Source of the DNA: Squalus acanthias
Lineage: Eukaryota
DNA: 64,000 nucleotides
NCBI GenBank assembly: GCA_030390025.1
Contig: CM059432.1
Location: 55,740,001 to 55,804,000, forward strand
Reading direction: 5' to 3'
The position numbers and the translations under genes are program-made. Below the pieces are notes generated by a model. The model saw only the letters and a list, made by a program, of their open reading frames with translations. It was not told where the DNA came from and searched no databases. Shown here one piece after another: positions 39,073-49,762 of the stretch; the stretch's first letter is position 1, and every line of letters begins with the position of its first letter.

Positions 39073-41000
39073 CCCCTTTCCCTTTCTCCTTTTGCTCCTC
39101 CTTCCTTTGTCATCCGCTTCCTTTCTTTCGCTTTCTCCCCCCTGCTCCCCAACTCTTCGATCTACCCACCTTGACAAGGTGCTACTGTAATGTCGCCGTC
39201 TTTTGCAACATACATCACGCCACTACTAATTATTAAGTGAAGTTCCACTCTGCAAAAAATAACCCACCAACAAACCACAGCCCAGCACGAAATCTAAAGA
39301 GCCCTAAAAGGTTATTTTTGGTTTACAATTACGACCATTTTTATGGTAATGTAACAGTGCGGGGTTTCCAGCGAGAGCAACAATGTAGGTCTGACAGGAC
39401 AAAAAATATTTTTGGATTTATTCAAATGCATTACCAACCATCCTCAATCTTATTTTGATTGGGACGCAATAAAGAGCGACACATCCACGTACCTTTATTT
39501 CCCAGCACATCATCATCGACCCAGAAATATCACTAGATTCAAATAGTAGTTACGATTACGACCGACATGAAGATATACTTACTGAAAAGGCATGTTTTTA
39601 AATGTTAATTTTCCAGCTCAGTTCTTGTGTTATTACTGCATTTCTGTTTAGCTATTAAATGTCGCTATGATAAAATGATCCTGCGAACAATAGATACCCC
39701 AATTACTCGAATAAAACCTCAACAATTTTTCAATCACTACAGATTTTATTTGTCTTAATTTCGAGACCTATGATATTCGAATCTTTATATTGGTCGAAAT
39801 GCAACATCAGTTCTTTCGAGCTGTGAATGCGCAATTTTCAATTTAAATTTACTCAAAATCGAGTGGAAACAGAGGAAAAGTCCAAATATACTCAATTTAA
39901 AAAGTACTTCCAGATTCTAAACATGTATGTTTACTCAAAACATGATTCAGTTTTTAAAACATGTTACATCGAAAATAAAACGGTTGGCAAAGCAACCGAA
40001 AATAAGTGCAGATTTACCATCTTCTAGTTTGAATTGTAATAACCAAAGATGAAAAATAAACTGGTCCATACTCAAATAAAGACAGCAAATTTCACGTCGT
40101 GATATAAATCACCATTTTATTCTGGCCACAAGAGAAACACAAGTCCCTCCACATTCAAAGCTTCTTTTACTGTAACCCTGGATTCTACCCAAGATCTAAG
40201 CACAAAGAAATTGGAGGAAAAATGACATCGACCGCTCTCTATACAAATGTAGCGAGCGACACCACTCGCATCGAGCACGATCAAAAGCACGGTGTCGCAT
40301 CGCCTGCCTGCATCTTATTTTTCCTTCGGGCATGTGGCGTTCAACGGCATCAAACTGAAAACAGTGGCGAAACCATATTTACCAACTTACATTTTCCTTT
40401 CAGATGAATGTATGCACTTTCTTTTCCCTACGATTGGTGCCCGATGATGACTCAATTATCCGCTGAATTTGCCGACTTTACTGCAACATTGGTTTTGGAT
40501 TATGTGCCCCGTGTATGTGTTTTGCGATTGGGATTGTACGCCGCTCTCCGCCAGCTCAGGGTCTTGGACAGACGGTCAGACCCACACCAGGGAGCGGAGC
40601 ATTGTGACACAACCTGGGCTCTGCGCTGCACCATCCATCACACCGAGGGGGAAATACAGGGACAAACTCTGATAGCTTAGTTGTGTTAAACTAACACCCG
40701 CATTCAATATTATTTACTGAGTTCATTAGAGTATTATTCTGTTATAATTCAAAGAAAAACAGAGTATGGAAGTCAATGGCTAAAGTTATGTAACAAAACA
40801 AGCAAGTGTTCTCCTCTGTAAGAGTGGTTTGGCCTGATAGGGTTACGGTTAGTTACGTCAAAACTACACCAGAGAAGCCAGAGTTCGGAGGTGCAGCTCC
40901 ACGGTGAGCCCAAAGAGGGTATCGGCAACTTGAAGGGCAACAGACCGTGCTAAATATACGTACACACATTTGCTTTCGTATTGGTAAACTCCATGCCAAA
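38100..41000. promoter_or_regulatory. TE-free, CpG-retaining block (candidate promoter/enhancer or ncRNA locus)
   Basis: Many CpGs relative to flanking unique DNA, no recognisable repeat over ~3 kb, TATATATAAA at ~38725, (CT)n tract ~39035-39150. Confidence 0.45.
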
Positions 41001-41344
41001 AAAAACATTTTGAAGTAAACTAAATTCTACGGACATTTTTCAGCCTTCAATAAAAGACAACGAAATACTGTGCAGGATATGTTTTTTTTAATGAATCCCT
41101 CTCATCTGTGAAGCAGAAGAAGGCTGGCAAGTAAACTTTTCGCAGGTCTCTACCAATGTCACTCTCCAACTAGTCACTAGGAGGCACAAAAAAAAGTAGA
41201 CTTTGCTCTCATTTTCTTTCCTTCACTGGGGCAATGTTTTCCATTTGTTCATCGCCTCTGCATCTGGCAGGCTATTGTGGCTCCATTAAGCTTAGGTAAA
41301 GGAAGACATGCAAATATAGCCAGATCCATTCAGCTTCCACCCCC

Positions 41345-41990
41345 ATATCCTCTCCATCACAAAGACTGCCTACTTCCATCTCCATAACATCACCTGCCTC
41401 TGCTCATATCAGTCTGCTTATATCATACTGCTCAAGCTTTTATGCATGCTTTTGTCACTTCCAGACTTGACTATTCCAATGCTCTACTGGTTGACCTCTA
41501 CAACCTCCGCCCTCTGTAAATGTCAGCTGCCTAAATCCTATCCCCCACCAAGTCCTACTCACCCTCACCCCTCTCCTCACTGAACTACATTGACTCCTGG
41601 TTCCCCAACAGCTCAAATTTAAAATCATCATCCTCGTGTTTAAATCTCTCCATGGCCTAGCCCCTTCCTATCTCTGGAACCTTCTCCAGTCCTACAAACC
41701 CTCCTTCAAGCTTTCCATTTCTCTGATTCTGTGCATCTCTCTCCCTTTGCCCGACCATTGGTGGCCATGCCTTCAGCAGCCTAGGTGCCAATCTTAAGGA
41801 ATCTTCTCCCGAAACCTCTCCATCTTTCTCTTATCCTTTAAGACCCTCCTTAAAACCCACCTCTTTGATCAAGCTTTTGGGCGCTCCTGCTAATATCTCT
41901 ATGGTTTGACATTTTTTTTAATCAGGCCTCTGTGAAGCACCTTTTTCTGTGCTAAAGGTGCTATATAAATGAGAGTTGTTTTTGTTGTTT
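41345..41990 (+). mobile_element. L2 LINE 3' part
   Basis: HAFVTSRLDYSNALL remnant and L2 tail. Confidence 0.85.
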
Positions 41991-42302
41991 AACGTATTAT
42001 AACCTGCTCCTTTGAACTCTGGAACCTTAGTTTCAAGTCCAGCCCACAAACGAATGAAAGTCTCCTCACTCTGCCAACTGTAAGGATCCTACACAAAATG
42101 AGCTTGGATAGAGAGAAAATCAGGTAGCTTAAAACATGTCCACGTATTTTTCCATCAGCTCAAGATGTAAGAGACAGAGAGCCACAATAGACCATAAAAT
42201 TCAGAATGAGAAAAGGCAATTCAGTCCATCAAACCTACTCTGTCCAGACTATTATTATTCTGTATAGACTTCTGTCCCACACCACCTGTTTTCCCCCTAC
42301 TA

Positions 42303-42388
42303 CAATCTTAAGGAATCTTCTCCCGAAACCCCTCCATCTTTCTCTTATCCTTTAAGACCCTCCTTAAAACCCACCTCTTTGATCAAGC
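42303..42388 (+). repeat. 86-bp local duplicate of 41789-41874
   Basis: 85/86 identical by eye. Confidence 0.9.
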
Positions 42389-42934
42389 AAATTTGCTTCA
42401 CTGACCTCTGGAAAAAAAATCAAGTAGTGAAATTAAATACCCTGTAATGTTACATCCCTCATGCATGGAATTGTCCTGGTCACTTGTCTCTTAATCCTCT
42501 TCAATGCATCTATATTCTTTTTCAGGTAGGGTAACCAAAACTACCGCATACCTCCCTAACACCACTGTGAGAGCACCATCACTACAAAGACTGCACTGGT
42601 TCAAGGGGAAGGCCCATTACCAGACTCTCCAGGCAAGTAGAGATGAGCGATAAATGCGTCCTTGCCAGCATTGCCCACATTCTGAGAATTAGTTTTTCTC
42701 AACTTCTAAAACCATGCTGAGTGCTCCCTACATTACTGTGTGTTTTAAAAGCTTATTTATAGAATACTGTCGAATGTCTTCAAACATTTTTCCAACTTTG
42801 GATATTAGGCTAACTGGCCTGTAATTATCATATTGGTTACTCCTTTGTTGAATAAACTGGAACTACATTTTCCTCCTCTATTCCTTGAGTACTCCCCACC
42901 ATTTATGAAGCTCTGATAAGTATCAACCAACACA

Positions 42935-45255
42935 TCATTTCAATCTCTATCTCAACTCAACTTGCCCTTCTTCCTCTGATTTTACAGCCCTCCTTAACCT
43001 CTCCCTCCATACAAACTCTCCTACCCATATTCATGGCCACCCCCTCGACCTTGCCATCTTGCATGGCCTCTCTGCACTGATCGGCTCATTCACAGACAAG
43101 GCCATCTGGGATCGCTTCCTTGTATACCTCATCACTCACAACCCCTTAGCTCGTTCCAACCCCACCTCCTCTGCGCCGCCCCTGGAAACAACGCTCCAAT
43201 AAGTAACTTACAACTGCACTTTCAAACTCCCAACTCCTCTTTGGCCCTCCATTCGCCACAATACTTCTGCAGCTGTCGATCTGCTCAATCACTACCTCAC
43301 TTCCACCTTTGATGTGCTTGTCTCCAATAAAACCCTTACTCACTCCCACCCTAGTTGTTCCCCCTGGTATGGCTCCCATCTTCGCTCCCTCAAGTCAAAA
43401 AAGGTGCAGACTTGAACGTATTTGGTGCACAACTAGTTTAGATCACATCAAACACTCTCGGGCCTTACTGCCCTCTGCCAAAACAGTTCACTACTCCAGC
43501 ATCATCCTGGAATGCAAAGAAAACCCCTGGCTTCTTTTCTTCACTATCAACCATCTCTTAAATCCCTCTCTGCCCTCACCCCCAAAAACATGTGCAAGGA
43601 GCTCATGGACTTCTTTGTCACTAATGTCAAGACAATCCGTTCAACTTCCTCTGCCACATCCCTCCCTTCCCCTTGCCCACCAAGCCAAACTTCCCCAAAA
43701 CTCCCCTGCCCTAGCCCTGAACCTGCATCTTTCTCTAGCTTTTCTCCGATCTCTCCTTATGACTTCTCCAAGCACATCTAGTCCATGAGACAAGCTTCCT
43801 GCTCTCTCGACCCCATTCCCACGAAACAGCTGACCACTTCCCTTCTTGGCTCAATTGCTACCTGACATTGTAAATGGTTCCCTCTCATCAGGTACTGTCC
43901 CCTCCCTTTCAAAACTGCCGTCAACACCTCCTCCTCAAAAAACCCACCCTTAACCCCTCTGTCCTTGCAAACTATCGCCCTATCTCCAACCTCCCTTTCC
44001 TCTCCAAAGTCCTTGATCATGTTGTTGCCTTACAAGTCCTTACCCATCTTTCCCACAACTCTGTTTGAAACTCTACAATCATGTTTCTGTCCCTGCCACA
44101 GCACTGAAATGGCCTTGATCAAAGTCACAAATGACATCTTCTGTGGCAGTGACCATGGTTCACTATCCGTCTCAACTTCAACTTAACATTAATTTAACAT
44201 CGTTGACCACACCACTCTCCTCTCATCTATTCACTTGTAGCCAGAGCATCTCCAGCAATGTCTTCTTTTTCCGCCTCCACACTGTTATCTCTGGAGTATC
44301 CCAAGGATCTATCCTTGGCCCCCTCCTATTCTTCATCTACATGCTTCCCTTTAATGACATTATCTGAAGACACGGCATCAGGTTTTTCATGTAGACCGAT
44401 GACATCCATTTCTACCTCTCTTCCACCTCACGTGACCCCTCCACTGCCTGTCTGTTGCCAACCTGCTTGTCTGACATCCAGTCCTGAATGAGCTGGAATT
44501 TCCTCCAGCTAAACATTGGGAAGACAGAAGCCATTGTCTTCAGCCCCTGCTACAAACTCTGTACCCTTGCCACCGATTCTGTCCCACTACCCGGCAACTG
44601 TCTCAGGTTGAAGTCGACTGGTCGGAACCTCAGCATCCTATTAGATCCCGAGCTGCGCTTCTGACCCCATAATCCTCTCCATCACCACCTACTTCCATCT
44701 CCATAACATTGCCCATCCTCTGCTGCTGAAAGCCTCATCCATGCCTTTGTCACCTCCAGACTTGACTATTCCAATGCTCTCCTAGTTTGCTTTCCAACCT
44801 CCATAAATTTCAGCTCATAACTTAACCTGTGCTGGTCCGATCACCCATGTGCTTCTGAACTACATGGCTCTCGGTCCCCCAAGCCTCCAATTTAAAATTC
44901 TCGTGCTCATGTGCTAATCCCTTCATGGCCTCGCCCGACCCAGTCTCTATAATCTAAGAACTCTATATTCCTCCAACTCTGGTCTCTTGTGCATCCCCGA
45001 CTTCCTTCACCCCACAATTGGTGAACATGGCCCTAAACTCTCAAATTCCCTCCCTAAACCTATCCACCTCTCTCTCTCTCCTCAATTATAACCTACATAA
45101 AAGCTACCTCTTTGACGACGCTTTTAGTCGCCACTTCTAATATCTCGTTCTTTGGCTCAGTGTCAACTTTTGTTGGAATTAATGACACTTCTGTGAAGCA
45201 CCTTGGGACGCTTTTCTACTTCAAAGGCGCTCTATAAATGCAAGTGTTGTTGTAT
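42935..45255 (+). mobile_element. L2 LINE, decayed ORF2 plus tail
   Basis: LDPIPT, NYRPISNLPFLSKVL, HSTEMALIKVTND, SGVSQGSILGPLLF, HAFVTSRLDYSN; tail TATAAATGCAAG. Confidence 0.92.
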
Positions 45256-45284
45256 CATTAACTTCTTTTTAAGCTTATATCTTT

Positions 45285-46538
45285 TATTGTGTAATGAGAC
45301 AGGGTTTATTAGTAATCTCATAGTAAAGGATCCTCTGGAGAAGAGTGATCATAATATGATAAAATTTCACATTGAGTTTGAGAGTGAAATGCTTCAGTTG
45401 GAAATGAGAGTCTTATAGGTAAATAAAGCCAATTACATAGGTATGAGGGGCGAGTTAGGTAAGGTAGATTTGGAAATTAGATTAAAAGGTATGGTGGTAG
45501 ATAAGCAGTGGCAAACATTTAAAGAAATATTCCAAAATTCTCAACAAATATACATTCCATTGAGAAATAAAAACTCCACGGGAAAAGTGATCCATCTGTG
45601 GCTAACTAAAGAAGTTAAGGATAGTATGAGATTAAAAGAAGAGGCTTATAATATTGCAAAGAATAGCAGTAAGCCTGGGGATTGGGAGAGCTTTAGAAAC
45701 CAGCAAAGGATGACCAAAAAATTGATAAAAAGGGAGAAAATAGAATATGAGAGTAAACTAGTAAGAAATATAAAAACAGATTGCAAGAGCTTCTACAAGT
45801 ATGTAAAAAGCAAGAGAGTTGCAAAAGTAAGCATTGGTCCCTTAGAGGCTAAGGCAGATGAAATTATAATGGGGAATAAGGAAATGGCAGAGACTTTAAA
45901 CAAATATTTTGTATCAATTCACAGTAGAAGACATAAAAAGCATACCAAAAATAGTGGGGAACCAAGGGGCTAAGGAGAGTGAGGAACTTAAAGTAATTAA
46001 TATCAGTAGAGAAAAAGTACTTGAGAAACTAATGGGACTAAAAGCTGACAAATCCCCTGGACCTGATGGCCTACATCCTAGCATTCTAAAAGAGGTGGCT
46101 GCAGAGATAGTGGATGCATTGGTTGTGATCTTCCAAAATTCCCTAGATTCTAGAACAGTCCCAGCAGATTGGAAGGTAGCAAATGTAACCCCGCTATTCA
46201 AGAAAGGAAGGAGAGAGAAAACAGGGAACTACAGGCCAGTTAACCTGACATCAGTCGTCAGAAAAATGCTGGACTCCATTAAGAAAGTGGTAACAGGGCA
46301 CTTAGAAAATCATAATATGATTAGGCAGAGTCAACATGGTTTTATGAAAGGGAAATCGTGTTTACCAAATTTATTAGAGTTTTTTGAGGATGTAACTAGC
46401 AGGGTAGATAAGGGGGAACCAGTGGACGTAGTATATTTGGATTTCCAATGGCATTCGATAAGGTGCCACATAAAAGGTTGTTACGCAAGATGAGGGCTCA
46501 TGGGGTTGGGGCTAATATATTAGCATGGATAGAGGATA
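45285..46538 (+). mobile_element. CR1 LINE internal fragment (EN end to RT start)
   Basis: ORFs 45443-45973 and 45909-46493 (KSPGPDGLHP, QHGF). Confidence 0.92.
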
Positions 46539-46839
46539 TCCAAAGCCAATACATCCTTCCTGAGGTGTGGTGCCCAGTACTGAACGCAGTACTCCAGACG
46601 GGGTCTAACCAGAGCTCTGTACAGCTGTAACATAACATCCACCCTTTTGTATTCCAGCCCTCTTGAGATAAAGGCCAACATTCCATTAGCCTATTTCATT
46701 ATTTTTTGTACCTGTCCATTAGCTTTCAGTGATTCAAAAGCAAAATACAGTGGATGCTGGAAATCTGAAATAAAAGCAGAAAATGCTGGAAATACTCAGC
46801 AGGTCAGGCAGCATCTGTGGATAGAGAAACAAAGTTAGC

Positions 46840-47604
46840 GGCCCAGAAATTAAACAGTGAGGGTTCCCGCGGGGGTAAAGAATCCCCGCGATATCGCACT
46901 CTGCGCCTACCTTTTTGCTCCGGGCCCACACGAACTTTAGTCTGAAAGGCTCTCTCTCTTGGAACCGTGCAGTGCTTGCGTGACCCAGAGACGCAATTAG
47001 TTCGTGCGAGCTCTGGGATCACGTGATTCAGTTAGAGCCAATGGCAGCACACCATCTTTCATTCATAGTTTTGACAGGAAGACCTGTCAAAGCTATGAAT
47101 ACTATACCCCCCCAAAAGAACAGCTAAACCTCAATTAAATTTTTTTAAAAAGCCATCACATTAATAAAATAAGTATAGTTAAATAAATTAACCACTTTAA
47201 ACAAAAAATTAAATTTTTGAAAAAATTTAAAATCTTTTTAAAAGTTATAAAAATAAACTTACCTTTCTTTAAAGTCTCTAAAAAAGATAAACCTGTTGAA
47301 AAATATTTAAAATAACACTTAATTAACTACTTACCTTGTAAAAAGGGGGTCCTACGCCTGCTTTCTTTATGTGTAAAATGTTCACCACTTACCTGCGCGT
47401 TCAAAGCTGGAAAAAAAGCTAAGTGCACTGTGTGCGCACAGCCTGTAGCGCGCACGCGGTTCACTTAGGAACCGCCCCCTTTTGAATTCACGAAGTGCCG
47501 GTTTCCCGCGCATGCGCAGTGCATGCAGGAAACCGGCAATTGGAGACCTAATACGCGAGAGTACACAGTGCGTACTCTCGCGTATTAGGTCTAATTTTCG
47601 GGCC
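46840..47604. mobile_element. Harbinger-type MITE (GGCC TIR) inserted in the pLTR hammerhead
   Basis: TIR GGCCCAGAAATTA / TAATTTTCGGGCC; flanks AGC (46837-46839) and AAC (47605-47607). Confidence 0.88.
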
Positions 47605-47665
47605 AACATTTCAGGTCGATGACTTTTCATCAGAATTGGGGGACTGAGAGGCAATGTAGAACCCC

Positions 47666-47702
47666 AATTCTGACGAAGGGTCATCGACCTGAAACGTTAA
47701 CT
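47666..47702 (+). ncRNA. Minimal type I hammerhead ribozyme motif (pLTR family B)
   Basis: CUGACGA-A-GGGUC auc GACCU-GAAA-C-GUU-AAC; palindromic AACGUU in place of helix III; stem I weak. Confidence 0.55.
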
Positions 47703-48723
47703 CTCTTTCTCTCTCCACAGATGCTGCCTGACCAGTTGAGTATTTCCAGCATTTTCTGCTTTTATTTCAGCTTTTAGTGATTTCTGTATATGGACGCCTA
47801 AATCTCTCTGATCATCCACAATTTCTAGCTTCTCGCCATTTAGAAAATACTCTGATCTATCTTTCTAACGTCCAAAGTGGATGACCTCACACCTTCCCAC
47901 ATTAAACTTCATCTACCACAGTTTTGCCACTCACCTATCTGTCAATGTAGCTTTGCAACTTTCTGCTCCCATCTACACTATTTACTGTGCCACTTAACTT
48001 AGTGTAGTCAGAAACTTAGATATATGGCTCTCTATTCCTTCATCCAAGTCATTTATAAATATAGTGAAAAGCTGAGGCCCCAGTAAAGATCCCTGGGGGA
48101 CACCACTAGTCACATCCTGCCAGTTTGAGTGCATACCCATTATCCCTACTCTCTGTCTTTTGCCTCCTAGCCAATTTCCTATCCAAGTCAATAGATTGCC
48201 TCCAATTCCATGTACAGTACTCTCATTTTGTTAACCTCACTTTTGTGTCTCACAGTTCCACAGCCTGCAGTGTGAAGAAACTCTTATGTACTAAAAACAT
48301 CTACTTCTCTGCTTCCTACATTTTTGGCTGTTTGCTATTTAAATAATAAAAAATTAAAGCATTATATAAAAGTAAGGACAGAATGTATGACTTTAAAATG
48401 GGGATTGAATTACATCTGTGTGCCTTGCCCTCTTACCCCATTTTATCTGAAGACTACACGTTACTCCCTGTGTGTAATGCCATAAAAGATAGCTTGAAAT
48501 GCATTCAATTTTTCTTTTTAAAATTTAGTTTCCCAGTTAATATTGTGTAAGACTCTTCTCACAACTCCAGAATCAGCTCTTTCAAAGTTTTGTATCACTA
48601 CATTGTTGTTTCTGCCCATAGCTTTGACAATATCAAATCTAGCAATAGTGTGATCACTATGTCCCAGGTGCTCACCACACTCCAGGTTACTCAATTTGTT
48701 GCACAGCTATCATGTTATTGTGA

Positions 48724-49762
48724 TCGCAGCCTTCAACATGTCATCGATGACGACGAACACCTCGCTAAGGCCATCCCCACGCCTCCACTACTCGCCTTCA
48801 AACAGCCGCCTAACCTCAAAAGTACCATCGTTCGCAGCAAATTACCCAGCTTTCAGGAGAACAGCGAGCACGACACCACACAACCCTGCCACGGCAACCT
48901 CTGCAAGACATGCCAGATCATCAACACAGATACCATCATCACACGTGAGGACACTACCCACCAGGTACATGGTACATACTCATGTGACTCGGCCAACGTT
49001 GTCTACCTCATACGTTGCAGGAAAGGATGCCCCGGAGCATGGTACATCGGCGAGACCATGCAGACACTGTGACAACGTATGAACGGACACCGCACAACAA
49101 TCGCCAGGCAGGAGTGTTACCTCCCAGTCGGGGAACACTTCAGCAGTCAAGGACATTCAGCCTCGGATCTTCGGATAAGCGTTCTCCAAGGCGGCCTTCG
49201 AGACACACGACAACGCAAAATCATCAAGCAGAAACTGATAGCCAAGTTTCGCACCCATGAGGACGGCCTCAACCGGGATCTTGGGTTCATGTCACGCTAC
49301 ATGTAACCCCACCTGACGTAGAGTCATCCAGACTCGAGTCGTCGTTGGCTTGTTCTCTCTACACAGATGCAGCCGGACCTGCTGTGATTTCCAGCAAAAA
49401 AAGTAAAAAGTTTAAAGTTTTTGGTTTTCCATACAGACCCCAGCATCTGCCACATTTGACCCCTTGTGATCCCACCTCATTGCCTTTGTTGTATTTTGCT
49501 ATCGTCTTTGATGTAATGTCTTCCTGACTGACCTGGTTGGACACCATCCACACCTTTGATTGCCGTGATTGTCTCTCTGCCGAGGTGTGATAAAGGGCAG
49601 TTAGAAAGATTAACTGTAGTCGTCTGGCATTGTTCTCTGACTATATATGCTGTGCCCATATGTATTTCTTCACTTCACCTGATGAAGGAGCAGCGCTCCG
49701 AAAGCTTGTGATTTCAAATAAAGCTGTTGGACTATAACCTGGTGTTGTGCGACTTCTCACGT
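48724..49762 (+). mobile_element. Penelope-like element (Neptune type), 5'-truncated: Cys linker + GIY-YIG endonuclease + pLTR
   Basis: CHGNLCKTC, NVVYLIRC..C...YIGET; one stop at 49070-49072. TSD ATGTTATTGTGA at 48712-48723 and 49763-49774. Confidence 0.93.
49675..49711 (+). ncRNA. Minimal type I hammerhead ribozyme motif (pLTR family A)
   Basis: UCAC-CUGAUGA-A-GGAGC agc GCUCC-GAAA-G-CUU-GUGA: intact core, 4-bp stem I, 5-bp stem II, palindromic AAGCUU helix III. Confidence 0.7.

Larger units (their letters stand above)
46735..47768. mobile_element. Head-to-head Penelope pseudo-LTR pair with 14-bp TSD
   Basis: Minus copy 46735-46839 + 47605-47640, ~20-bp spacer, plus copy ~47662-47768. TSD AGCTTTCAGTGATT (46721-46734) / AGCTTTTAGTGATT (47769-47782). 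Confidence 0.85.
46539..48215 (-). mobile_element. CR1 LINE fragment (different subfamily) interrupted by pLTR pair and MITE
   Basis: Minus-strand [17 protein letters not shown]...[11 protein letters not shown]...LRKDVLA. Confidence 0.9.

Noticed and set aside
40541..40667. H/ACA snoRNA or U17-like RNA
   Set aside because: No ANANNA at the canonical distance from the pocket, weak second hairpin, and U17 m1/m2 motifs absent.
45285..48215. Plus and minus CR1 pieces joined at 46538 looked like a twin-priming inversion
   Set aside because: They overlap in the HG.G.N.L.W region with different sequences (different subfamilies) and neither has a tail; more likely a deletion between two copies.
49314..49396. 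Third hammerhead in a pLTR-like insert nested in the Penelope 3' UTR
   Set aside because: Core is broken (CTGACGTA; no GAAA after stem II).
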